DNA of 64,000 nucleotides, taken from NCBI RefSeq assembly GCF_001194135.2, contig NC_068982.1, positions 63,465,716 to 63,529,715 on the forward strand. The letters run 5' to 3'. The notes beneath the pieces were generated by a model. It had not been told where the DNA came from and made no database searches. It saw only the letters and a program-made list of their open reading frames with translations. The number at the start of each line of letters is the position of its first letter. Position 1 is the first letter of the stretch. This DNA comes from Octopus bimaculoides (lineage: Eukaryota). Made by a program: the position numbers and the translations under genes. Shown here piece after piece: positions 36,417-48,024 of this stretch.

Positions 36417-37967
36417 CGGTTAATATAATAGTTCGGCAGTATAGCAAATTACAATTTGAATATTCAACTATAATCTCAAATAGCTAATTATGCTCTTGGT
36501 CAAGAAAAGGTCATTCAGTTGACTTTATAACTAGATGTTTCTCGTTACAAAACCAGTTTTCATGCAGTTAACATTGATTAACATTGATTATATATCAATG
36601 GCCTAAACTTTCTGATGTTAATTGTCCATGTAGACATGATTACTAAAACAAAGTTTATTATATTAAACTAATGGGTGTCATCGATTTGTGGTTGTATTTA
36701 TCTTTTCCAGTAAGTGCGATCTTATACAGGCGAAAGACGTCAGATTTATAAAAAGCAATGGTTTTAAAATATGTTCCCCAAACTGCTACATCCAAAACTG
36801 AAATAACTGATATTAAGTAGAAACATAGGCTGCTAGTTATTGACCACATGCCTCTTTTTTGTATGCGAATCAGACTACTCACTGATGTTTGTATTGGATA
36901 CTTTGAAGTTACGGCGAATATCTGAAACAACAGAGATGTATACAGTAATATAGTTATATCCATTTCATTACACATAACACATTTACACATTTACATAAGC
37001 TTCAACCTCATATTTGATATGTTGTTTTTGCAGCAACAAACGATCATCTCTGACAATCTATGCACCAGCAAGGATAATACAACCACAGCAGGGGAAGAAG
37101 TCGAAGTCGGATGAAAAGTTACGTTTTACTGTATGCCAGCATGCTCCTTTTATCACTGCAACCATATAATCTTTTGTCTCTGTGTGTGTTTGTGTGTGTG
37201 TATGTGTTGGAGTGTGTGTTTGTGTGTGTGTGCACACGCGCGCGTACGTAGCATAGTCTGATTGGTGTTGCTACATAATACCAGTTCGTTTATAGAGGAT
37301 CAGAAACTGTTCAGTGTGCATCGAAATTAGTTACCATATATTTTTAACCAATATCGTTGTTAGCAGTGTCTTTAGCATACTGGCCTCTTGCCTAAATTCG
37401 AGAGCGGTAATTTCACTCTTGGTTTCATTATCCTCATGTTGATTCTTTGAACTTAGCATAATTAATGATACAGAAAACTATATGTAACAAGTTAATGATT
37501 CATAATAGATAAAAGAAATTCAGTTTCTTCTTCAATGACTAGGTTGGTCCAGGTTTTGCTTCTGTAGGTTACGCGGAAGGACACAAACAGTAAAGATTTG
37601 TTGAGAAATATAGGTAATCATTTTGCACAATATTTTAAGCTGTCGAAAATAGATAGAACTCATCTCTCTATCTATTACATTTCTGCTGAGTTACCAGTCC
37701 TTTATATAAACTAAAAAATGAATTAGACTGACATTTATTTTATTTTGAACCTGTTGAAGGTACACGAGATGCCGAAATATTGTTGTTCAAAGGACCAATA
37801 AATAAGTTACTTTCGAGTTGCGCTTTTTGTCATTGAGTTGGCCGTGGTGATGGATTACGTCAGCTATGTTTACCTTAGTGATGGAATTTGGCAATCGTAT
37901 ACAAAAGTTAAGAACTCATCTCTCTAACTATTACATTTCTGCTGAGTTACACGTCCTTTATATAAAC

Positions 37968-38036
<69 letters not shown>

Positions 38037-38424
38037 GGAACAATACGAAAGGTGCGACTGATATCGAATGAACAATATTTCGACACTTCGTGTATCTNNN
38101 NNNNNNNNNNNNNNNNNNNNNNNNNNNNNNNNNNNNNNNNNNNNNNNNNNNNNNNNNNNNNNNNNNNNNNNNNNNNNNNNNNNNNNNNNNNNNNNNNNNN
38201 NNNNNNNNNNNNNNNNNNNNNNNNNNNNNNNNNNNNNNNNNNNNNNNNNNNNNNNNNNNNNNNNNNNNNNNNNNNNNNNNNNNNNNNNNNNNNNNNNNNN
38301 NNNNNNNNNNNNNNNNNNNNNNNNNNNNNNNNNNNNNNNNNNNNNNNNNNNNNNNNNNNNNNNNNNNNNNNNNNNNNNNNNNNNNNNNNNNNNNNNNNNN
38401 NNNNNNNNNNNNNNNNNNNNNNNN

Positions 38425-38671
38425 GTGCTGTGGTTTGCTGTGATGATCTTATGGTTACTGTATTGAAAGTGTTTTGCGTAGGATGTGTGCAGTGCCCAGT
38501 AGTGCAATTTTCTGTATGTTATATATATATATATATATATATATGTTAGTCCTGGTGTTTTTGTTATGTATTTGTCTGAATATTTTTTTATTATACCTAA
38601 GGCACCTACTATGATAGGAATTGTTTCTGTTTTTAGATTCCACATTCGAGTTACCTCTATTTCCAGGTCTT
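38425..38671 (-). mobile_element. R4/Dong family A 3' fragment (3' end runs into the N-gap)
   Basis: Near-identical to 8495-8725 (MWNLKTETIPIIVGALG..GTAHILRKTLSIQ*). (TAA)n on its 5' side. Confidence 0.9.
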
Positions 38672-38720
38672 ACTATTATTATTATTATTATTATTATTCT
38701 TATTATTATTATTATTATCA

Positions 38721-39142
38721 TTTATAGTTTCCTTTCATTATAACTTTATCTCGGCTGCCTTAGTACCGGGCATCCTCCAGAGGCCAAGAGTAGCAAGGGC
38801 ACTTTTGTTTTGCTATATATGCAACAATTATCACTCCATTTATTCCATTTTAGATGGAGAGTGCTTTCCGTAGTGTATGGGCTGTACTCATCAAGGTTAT
38901 CTTTTGTAGTTCACGGAGATTGGAGTTACCAGGGAGTTACTTAACATACTTCTCAGCTCCCCAACGCACCAATTACTGCTGGTATTATGGTAGTACTAAA
39001 CTTTCACATTTTGGGGATTTCAATGTGCAGAGACATTTTAATCTTGTGGGACAGACATGTCTATTAACAGACAAGTTCCTCCGTTGTAGTCCTTGGTCAC
39101 GATGTCTGGACGATTGGAGTCAATATTTCTGTCTGTTTGTTT

Positions 39143-39144
<2 letters not shown>
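38721..39144 (-). mobile_element. R4/Dong family B 5'-truncated copy inside (TAA)n
   Basis: Closely matches 27040-27472, including the 3' UTR gtgcccttgctactcttggcctc..ggatgcccggtactaaggcagc. (TTA)n on both plus-strand flanks. Confidence 0.9.
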
Positions 39145-39192
<48 letters not shown>

Positions 39193-39194
<2 letters not shown>

Positions 39195-39405
39195 GGCAGT
39201 GAGCTGGCAAAATTGTTAGCATGCCGGGCAAGATGCCTAGCGGCATTTCGTCAGTTTCCACGTTCTGTGCTCAAATTCTGCCGAAGTCGTGTTTGCCTTT
39301 CATCCTTCCAATGTTGATAAATTAAGTACCAGTGAAACACTGGGGTCAATATAATCGACTAGTCTCCTCCCCACAAATTTCAGGCCTTGTACGTATAATA
39401 GAAAG
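39193..39405 (+). mobile_element. SINE S1, full length, plus strand
   Basis: aaggcagtgagctggcaaaattgttagc..gctcaaattctgcc..cactggggtcaatataatcgact..ggccttgtac. Confidence 0.85.
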
Positions 39406-40029
39406 TATTAGTGTTGTTGTTGTTGGTGGTGGTGTTGTTGTTGTTTTTGCTGATGTTATCCTCTTCTACATCATCATCAATCATCGTCGTCGACATCATT
39501 AATCCCATTTCCACAAAATATTTCGACAAAACCATAATCAGCATATATTCTGAAATTCTGTGACGCAAATATGAAGGCTACAGGAGGTAATCTTAAAAGA
39601 CTCTTCGAATATTTAGATGGAGATCTAACCCATACTTATGAGCAATAAAAGTATATATTTCAAGTTTTATTTGAAAATATAAAAGTAACCAACGAGGTTC
39701 GGTGAATCTTGGTGTAGCATATTCACTGTTACTTGGATGTACTAAAAAAAGTGGGTAACACATATATTTTGGAAATTTTGAAACTTTTTAAGCTGTTCTT
39801 TGTTAATTTCGGTCCAAAAATCATTTCAATAATCCAAAATACAAATGATAAAATAGTGAATCAGGTGTTTTGCATTTTCTTCTCTCTGAAGATTTCTAGT
39901 CTTGTATAGGTAACAGATATAGCGTAAACATTAAATGAGCGCCAAATTTCAAGTAGCTATGAAATGTTTCCCCCAAATATCGTATTCTTGGTGGGAAACG
40001 CTTACACAATTTCAAATAGGTTTATTTTA

Positions 40030-40170
40030 GATATTCATATTGGTTTGAAATTTTAGCACAGGAACAGCAATTTCGGAGAAGAACCAGTCAATTACATCGA
40101 CCACAGTGCTCAACTGGTACTTAATTTGTCGATAAGATGAAAGGAAAAATCAGCGCCGGTGGCATTTGAA
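40030..40170 (-). mobile_element. SINE S1, degenerate
   Basis: ttttagcacaggaacagcaatttcgg..gtcaattacatcgaccacagtgctcaactggtactt..gatgaaaggaaaa..atttgaa. Confidence 0.7.
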
Positions 40171-40921
40171 AGTAGAACGTAAATATATATTTATATTATG
40201 ATACAAACCATACACGTACAATTCAGTTTATGGTGGGGATTTGATCTAAGTTTGTTGGACATAAACCCAAGCCAACTAGCAGAAGAGGAGAGTCTTTATG
40301 TAAGTTGTGGGTATATTAATGGAATAAATAAATCCGTGTTTTCTGGCCGAATTTTGTGTTTTATCCCTTAGCTACTCGAGCTATTTCATAATGGAGTGAG
40401 TTAAATTTCAAGTTAAATTTGAATCGATAACTCACCATCATCAGATTCTAATTCAGGAAGATTATATAGTTTAACAAATGTCAATTCTGTCGAAAAACCA
40501 GTTTTGTATGCTGACTAATATAGAGAAGTAATTCTGTTCATTTGCAAATAATTTGCAACCAGCTTCTAGTGTGTGTGCGCGTGTATGTGTGTGTGCGTAT
40601 GTGTGTGTGCGAGAGACAGACAGACTGACAGAGAGTGGGAGGGGGAGAGAGAAAGTGTGTATATGAGTGTATGTATTCGCAAACCTGCGTCCGCGTGTGC
40701 GTGTGCTTTCTATGTTTTACATTCATACAGTCATCATTTTATTTTCAGAAATTCTCTCTTTTCCGCCTATATTTTTGCTTTAGTTTGTATTATCTTTTAC
40801 TCTTCTTTTGCTTTTATACCTTTTTGACAATCATCACCATCGCCATCGTCATAGTTTTTATGGTCATGGTACTCATCATCATCACCATCATCATCAGCAG
40901 CACTGTCATCAGTGTTCTTGC

Positions 40922-41572
40922 NNNNNNNNNNNNNNNNNNNNNNNNNNNNNNNNNNNNNNNNNNNNNNNNNNNNNNNNNNNNNNNNNNNNNNNNNNNNNNN
41001 NNNNNNNNNNNNNNNNNNNNNNNNNNNNNNNNNNNNNNNNNNNNNNNNNNNNNNNNNNNNNNNNNNNNNNNNNNNNNNNNNNNNNNNNNNNNNNNNNNNN
41101 NNNNNNNNNNNNNNNNNNNNNNNNNNNNNNNNNNNNNNNNNNNNNNNNNNNNNNNNNNNNNNNNNNNNNNNNNNNNNNNNNNNNNNNNNNNNNNNNNNNN
41201 NNNNNNNNNNNNNNNNNNNNNNNNNNNNNNNNNNNNNNNNNNNNNNNNNNNNNNNNNNNNNNNNNNNNNNNNNNNNNNNNNNNNNNNNNNNNNNNNNNNN
41301 NNNNNNNNNNNNNNNNNNNNNNNNNNNNNNNNNNNNNNNNNNNNNNNNNNNNNNNNNNNNNNNNNNNNNNNNNNNNNNNNNNNNNNNNNNNNNNNNNNNN
41401 NNNNNNNNNNNNNNNNNNNNNNNNNNNNNNNNNNNNNNNNNNNNNNNNNNNNNNNNNNNNNNNNNNNNNNNNNNNNNNNNNNNNNNNNNNNNNNNNNNNN
41501 NNNNNNNNNNNNNNNNNNNNNNNNNNNNNNNNNNNNNNNNNNNNNNNNNNNNNNNNNNNNNNNNNNNNNNNN
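40922..41572. other. Largest assembly gap. Other gaps: 9689-9835, 11027-11036, 11655-11748, 25067-25076, 32823-32832, 38098-38424, 50361-50469, 55729-55877
   Basis: N-runs, most of them inside microsatellites. Confidence 1.
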
Positions 41573-42464
41573 GGTGGTGGTGGTGGTGGTGGTGGTGGTG
41601 GTGGTGGTAGTGGTGGGGACTACGATGACGATAATGTTGATGATAATCGTAACGTAGACGAGAAGCGACAATCGTGTTGACGGTAACGACGACGCAAAGT
41701 GAAAAGATGAACATGAGCTGAAAATTAGGTGGAAGGCTAAGATTTCACATTTATAAATCTTGAACGGATGTATTCAGCACTTAATAGTTAACATTTGCTA
41801 TCATCAATTATGGTCTTACCTTAGATCTTAAATCGATTTTCTGTTCGGCTAAACAGATTCCCTTGACACTCCACTAGTTCGGTCGGGTTATTTCCTTCGA
41901 TCCATCGAGTGTGTTTTTGCCACTCTCACTATTTCCTACACAAAGACCTTTCATTGCATAAGCAACATAAAAGTATGAAGATAACAAACTGTAAACCTAC
42001 TTTGAAGTTTTTACGAAGGAATTTTCAATATTTCAAGAAAAACAGCTTTTCTATTTAACATTTACACGCAAACACATATCGAATATTCCATTATATACGT
42101 TTTGAAATTTCACATTGCTAATACATATTAGTCGGATCAGAGAGCTTCATTTATTAGAATCAACTTTTAATGCTGTTGTTGCAAACAGACTTTGGTCGTC
42201 TAATCCGATTCTATTATTTTCTCAGCATATATAGAGAAACAGAATCTGAATAAATTTATACATTGATTAATTTGAAGTCAATTCTAAAATAATCCAAGTG
42301 TGGATTATTTTAAAGTTTAAAAAGAGCTGAAGAATGTCTCTAGAATTTTGATTGTCATGTAGGTTCCATTAAGCCAGTGAATGTCACATATTGCAACAAT
42401 TAACCGGGAATCTTAAGGTAGTTGGAACAGAAACACACCATTAGTGCGCGTGCAAGTATACATG

Positions 42465-42850
42465 TATTCAATAACGATTTAAAAGCAGCATTAGTGCTGT
42501 AAATACTAAATGTATGTGTTTTATTCCTTCGCCGGTTCGCTGCAGCGTGGGGCTTGCGGCACGATTTCCTCAAAACGCTGGATGTTGAAACACCTGAAAA
42601 TTATAGGCAGGCGAGACAATCCACTTCTGATCAAATTCAGGTGTGATTGATACCGATATTTCGCCGTTTTTATGGCTTAGCAACATTACGTTCTTGAATC
42701 GAACCGGAGACGAATCGAATCGCCAGTCTATAACCATATATATAGACAGTGTAAAAATTATTTGCTGGTATGCCACTGCTAGGCATACGTGAGATTAAAT
42801 TCAATAACGAGTTTTAAACATTATCGACCGTACATACTCAATGTATGTGT
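42465..42850. repeat. Unclassified dispersed repeat, copy 1
   Basis: Shares gataccgatatttcgcc, gaatcgaatcgccagtcta, attaaattc.ataacga and aaacattatcgac..catactcaatg with 55205-55545. Confidence 0.75.
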
Positions 42851-42949
42851 CTTGTTTGTTCGCGATTCGCTGTGGATAAGCGCTTGGGGTATAGTCCTGC
42901 GGAATAGCACCACAAAGGCACTGATCTGCATGTGGGATGCAGATCTAAC

Positions 42950-43580
42950 AGCGAATGTGGCATGCAACACATTCCGTCGTCAGAAGAGGGGAAAGTAGAA
43001 TATGTTTAAATAGAGAGGTATATAGATCAATGGGTCAATTGGAAAAGGAAGACATGCTGGTGAAATGTATTAGATGGTTGACGAGGATAAAAATCCGGAG
43101 ATGTTCAAAAGCACGAGAGTTTGTTACTCGAGAAACATAGAAAAGGAAACAAGGGTGAGAATGAAGGGAGAATGAAGGGAAGGGTGTGTCAAGAAGAGAT
43201 GATATGTAGGAGTGGCTTAGCCTTAAAGTCGTGAAGGGGTAGTTTGAAGGAGAATTTAGGGTGGTAAAGAAAATTAATAGATGATAAGTAGAAATACCAT
43301 GCTTGTAAAGACTTTGTACTGGGTGGTTGATTTAGGAAAGTGGTCAGCATCAGACAGGTAGGGGTAAAATAGAGCTATACATAAAAAAGAGTGAAAGAAA
43401 TGGATCGAGAGATAACAGTTAGATCTTGTATAGGGTGTCCAGCTAGAAGACTTGCATATATCGGCCTCGCAAAGAAGCGATTGGAACTTAAGTTATGGAG
43501 GAAAACATTAGGTTTAATAGAGACATTAAAGATATTTTTAACGTAGAACTCATCAGCGTCAGTCCGATTATGTGGGTAAT
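42950..43580 (-). mobile_element. Very degenerate Penelope-like RT remnant (tentative)
   Basis: GC-richer segment with loose resemblance to the PLE RY.DD / S..FLD / HP..SQ..R region. Motifs are heavily eroded. Confidence 0.35.
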
Positions 43581-46500
43581 ACTAGTCCTGCAAAGCTGAA
43601 ACGGCTAAATTACTTAATAAAAATAAATTCGAAAATAATAAATGAGTATAATTTAAGGTAAGGAGGTAGAAAAAAGTACAGGAAAGTAACAGAAATTACA
43701 ATCACCATTAATCACGTCGACGAGATGTATGGCGGTCTATCGTTGGCCTAACATACCGATCTATGTTGAAACCAGAATGTTTTGAAAGGTTTATTCTGAG
43801 CTCTCATTATATGTATATATTATCCATATGACTTTTGACACCGAATCTCTAGATATTATGTGTGTGTGCGCGCGCGTGTACATGTATATGTGCATGTATA
43901 TGCGTTTGTGTGTGTTTGTGTATATATGTATACAGACACGCGCACACACACATACATATATATACATATACACATATATGCACATACACATATACATATA
44001 TATATATGCACGTATACACAGATGCTGGCACACATACATACATACATACATACATACATACATGGCTAAATGCGTAGAAGGCAATAAGGTTTGTATATGA
44101 AGAACTATAAAACAATGAGAACTATAAGCCAATGAGAAACTTCAGTTGCGTATGGTTACCCATGACATTCAGTTTCAGTTTTATAATAGCTTATTAATTG
44201 TTACAACTTCATATTATCAAGAAAAGTGGAAGTGTTGTTTAAATAAACCTTTTTTATACAAACGCATATATACCATAGAACCAAAAAGTAAGCGCTATTA
44301 CATTTAGTTAAGTTCAGCTATTACACTTAGTTAAGTTAGTATAGTCAAATGTTATGTTAGTACGCGTTTCTAATGTTGCCGTATTGAATGAAAATGTACG
44401 ACCTTAAATCGAAGGAAAATATTTTACTATCAAGATGTAAAATATTTTACAGTCAAGATGTGGCAATTCACACCCGAGATAAAGCAATTCACGAAAATTG
44501 TTCCACAATAATTTGTTACGTTCAACAGCTTCTATTTTAAACTCTGCTGGAGACCCTATCACTTTGTTTCATTTAACTATTTATACCAATAATCCAGACA
44601 ACTTGCTTTTCATCTGGTACCCAACATTAGAACCAATTTTCTTTTACTAGGTTCCATTAGCGCTGGCTGTTATCAATCTGTGCATCAATTGATCAAAGTC
44701 AAAAGATTCTGATGTTTTTGCGATCTTGGAAATTGCAATCTCTCTATAATTCCATCAACTGAATTGCCTACTTAAGCATGAGAAATTCAAATTTAAAAGT
44801 AAAAAAAAAAACTACAAGCGTTTCTTTAACAAAGATGTTTTATTTATTAGTGTAGAATGTATCCAGGTCAATTTATTCAGTTCTTTCAGAGATTTAGAAC
44901 TAATAGTTTTTCTATTAAACTTGATTTCTTTACCATTTATGGCAGAACAAAATCAGTTGTGCTTTGTCTTCATGTGTTAATTAAAAAATTGTAAAAAATG
45001 AATAAATATGTATTTCATAAATATTCAATATTTCAGGTGCTTGGATTATGATGACATTCACAGAAATCCAATCTTGGATGTACACACTCAATATACTGTG
45101 AAAACACTACCAATTTCATTATTATAAACAGGTTGTTTGTCTATAATCCATTTGAGTTCTCAAAACCATAATGATTTCAAATGTCATTCTCTATGAGTTC
45201 ATATACAGAGAGAGTCAGAATCGTATGAGTGCGGGAGGGAATGTTAGGTAGACTTAGTTACACCCTTTGTGATCTGAGTCTATTGGGTTCGAACTTATGT
45301 TTCATTCATTAAGGATCGATAACATCAAGTATCAATTGGTTAATGATACACTTCCTCTAAAATCTTTGGTCTTGAACCTATAATCAGAAACTCATGTGTA
45401 TCTGAAATTGGTACGAAGATATTGAGTTGAAATAAATATTCATAAAAAGCTTCTCTATTTTGAGAATGGTGTTTGATATATACTAGTACTTAAATATACT
45501 AAAAATAAGAATTAGATCTTTTTCCTTTTTCTTATACAGTTCATCTAAATTTAACGAATAATAGAAATTTATGAAACTTTGGTACCTCATAATGGAATAT
45601 ATAGTCTGCGAAATAGGAGACAAAAATTGAAGAACAAGAAATGTTTTTTAAAAGTATCATCGTACAGATGTGCACAATAATTATCTAACATTTTCAAATT
45701 AAACAATTCTTATATTTTAACATATTACAGAAAGAAACAATATTGAACTCATTGTGGAATAAATTATATTTGTAAAGCTGGATTAAAGACATTAATATTT
45801 GAATATCTGATGATTCGTACAAAACTTTTCGAGTAAATGAGGGAATATACAGCAAAAAATACATTGATAATGTATTCTTAAAGACGATAAGATTAAAATC
45901 GATTACAATCAACTCCAAACGTAGGGTGCAAGTGTTTGTCACAGCATTTTATCATGATCAATTTTTCATTCTTCAGGCAGTGATGTTTTTGATTGAAATG
46001 TAATCTAACAGCGTGAATATATCATTTTCAATGGAATTTAGGATTCGCACATTAAATAGTTTGTTTTCTTAATTTTTGTTTACCTTTCAATGTTTTATAT
46101 TTTGTTTTTTTCCATCTCTACCTTCGTTCAATCTCCTGATGCCAGGCTTCTGTTCGAAACAGTATGATGTTTTTTATCTTTCTGATCATAGAACTAACAA
46201 CTGAAACCTTTATTGTTGCTGATATAGGCTTGATATTTTCATATTTCTACATCTATCATACGCGTAATCGCACATCAGGTATCCACCGATTCCACTCTGA
46301 TTCTTGCAGTTCATACACCATCATACATGAAAGAACGTGTGAAGATGAATAAAGCAAATAATGATTGACACAAAGAATGTATGATTTAATAGAATGAAAT
46401 ATATCATAACAGTCATTACTATATTTATTCGTGTTTCTTTTTTTCAGTTCAGTCACTAATGAATATGCGTGGAGAGAGGGGGGAGTTAGTATAAGTTTAT

Positions 46501-46983
46501 GAATGAAAGTGATACATAGGAATTATTTCAATGCTATTCTGTATTCCTGAGATAGATGTTAAGTAGTCATGTGTTGTTATTAAGTATAACTACCCGAACA
46601 AGCAGAAGAAAAAGTATGTGTATGCATAGCCAAGGTGATTTGCATAATTTAAACATGAATGAACTAAAAGAAATAAGCAAGGGTGGATAATGACGTGTAG
46701 TTTAACAACAACGATAAATATTACATGTGTGTGTGTGTGTGTGTGTGCGCGCGCGCGCGCGGACCCGACTGTGTGCGCACGCGAGCGTGTGTTAATTAAA
46801 ATGAGTGTCCAGTGGCATGATTTGAAGAAAATAGACAAAATCAGATATACTAATTATCATACAACATAAATACTCGATATATTAAAATTATCTCCGCCTC
46901 GAGAGGATGTGCCAATTCACATCTATGCTAATGATTCCTCAGTTCATATTACCTGCACAAAAACTACAAATATTAATCCGTTT

Positions 46984-47184
46984 CAGTTCTATATTTAAGA
47001 GATGAGGAATTATTTACATTATTTACATTATTTACATTTGACGGATATTTGTCCTCATCTTGTTTGTTGTTAACACAACGTTTCAGCAGATATCCCCTCC
47101 AGCCTTCATCAGGTGTCTTGGGGAAATTTCAAACTTGAGTTCTCATTCCTAAGGTATTTTTCGATGTTATTATTATTATTATTA

Positions 47185-47234
<50 letters not shown>

Positions 47235-47260
47235 GTTATTATTATTATTCAGGTCACTGC
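46984..47260 (-). mobile_element. HH-SINE copy truncated in the head: (TAA)n linker + full tail
   Basis: Homologous to 16607-16890, with the same terminal cagttctatatttaagagatgagg. Confidence 0.85.
47072..47117 (-). ncRNA. Hammerhead motif, intact core, weakened stem II
   Basis: GACAC-CUGAUGA-A-GGCUG..CUGCU-GAAA-CGUU-GUGUU. Confidence 0.55.
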
Positions 47261-47280
47261 CAAATGGCGCTCTTAACCAC

Positions 47281-47356
47281 GGGCATATAGCGTAGTGGTT
47301 ACGAGCGCGGGCTACTAACCTCAAGATTCCGAGTTCAATTCCAGGCAGTGGCCTGA

Positions 47357-47423
<67 letters not shown>

Positions 47424-47575
47424 CAACAACAACAACGAAAAATACCTTAGGAATGAGAACCCAGGTTCGAAATTTCTCCAAGACACCTGATAAAGGCCTG
47501 AGGGTATATCAGCCGAAACGTTGTGTTAACAACAAACAAGATGAGGACAAATATCTGTCAAATGCAAATAATGTA
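47281..47575 (+). mobile_element. HH-SINE copy with complete tRNA-like head, forming an inverted pair with 46984-47260
   Basis: A-box TAGCGTAGTGG (47288-47298), B-box GAGTTCAATTCC (47331-47342), (TAA)n(CAA)n linker, tail with hammerhead motif 47482-47527 whose core is mutated to CUGAUAA. Confidence 0.85.
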
Positions 47576-47939
47576 TTAATCCGTTTCATCGAGTCTTTTT
47601 GATTTGAGAACGCATTATATGTACGGCTTTGATTCTGATTACTGCAAAATTTGTGCATTTGTTTGGTTGCATGGTGACTACATTTTCAAATTCGCACCTA
47701 AAAATTAATAGACCTACATTCAAATAAAAGTTCTTGAATGTAACAATATTTTGCATAAACACACATGCATGAGAGTTTCAATATGTTGTATATATGTTTA
47801 CTGTCTGTAACTACATACATATGCGTATATCTTAACAAATATATACATGTATGTAAACATCTAAGCTCCAAATTCTCTCTTAATCCATCTTTTTCCCTCT
47901 CCTCTCTCTATCTCTCTCTCCCACTCAGGTTTTTGCTAA

Positions 47940-48024
<85 letters not shown>

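Noticed and set aside
36000-45840. Other CTGATGA/TCATCAG hits (~36009, 40437, 43552, 45827) as hammerheads
   Set aside because: None has a stem II followed by GAAA and a matching stem I.
44600-46340. Scattered exon-like frames (44600-44750 minus, 45037-45110 plus, 46262-46302 minus)
   Set aside because: Weak or ambiguous splice signals, mixed strands and no recognisable peptide.
47281-47357. Possible tRNA gene (also 36340-36416 and 62055-62130)
   Set aside because: A/B boxes are present but there is no proper acceptor stem, and the segments are fused to repeat bodies or multi-copy. They are SINE heads.
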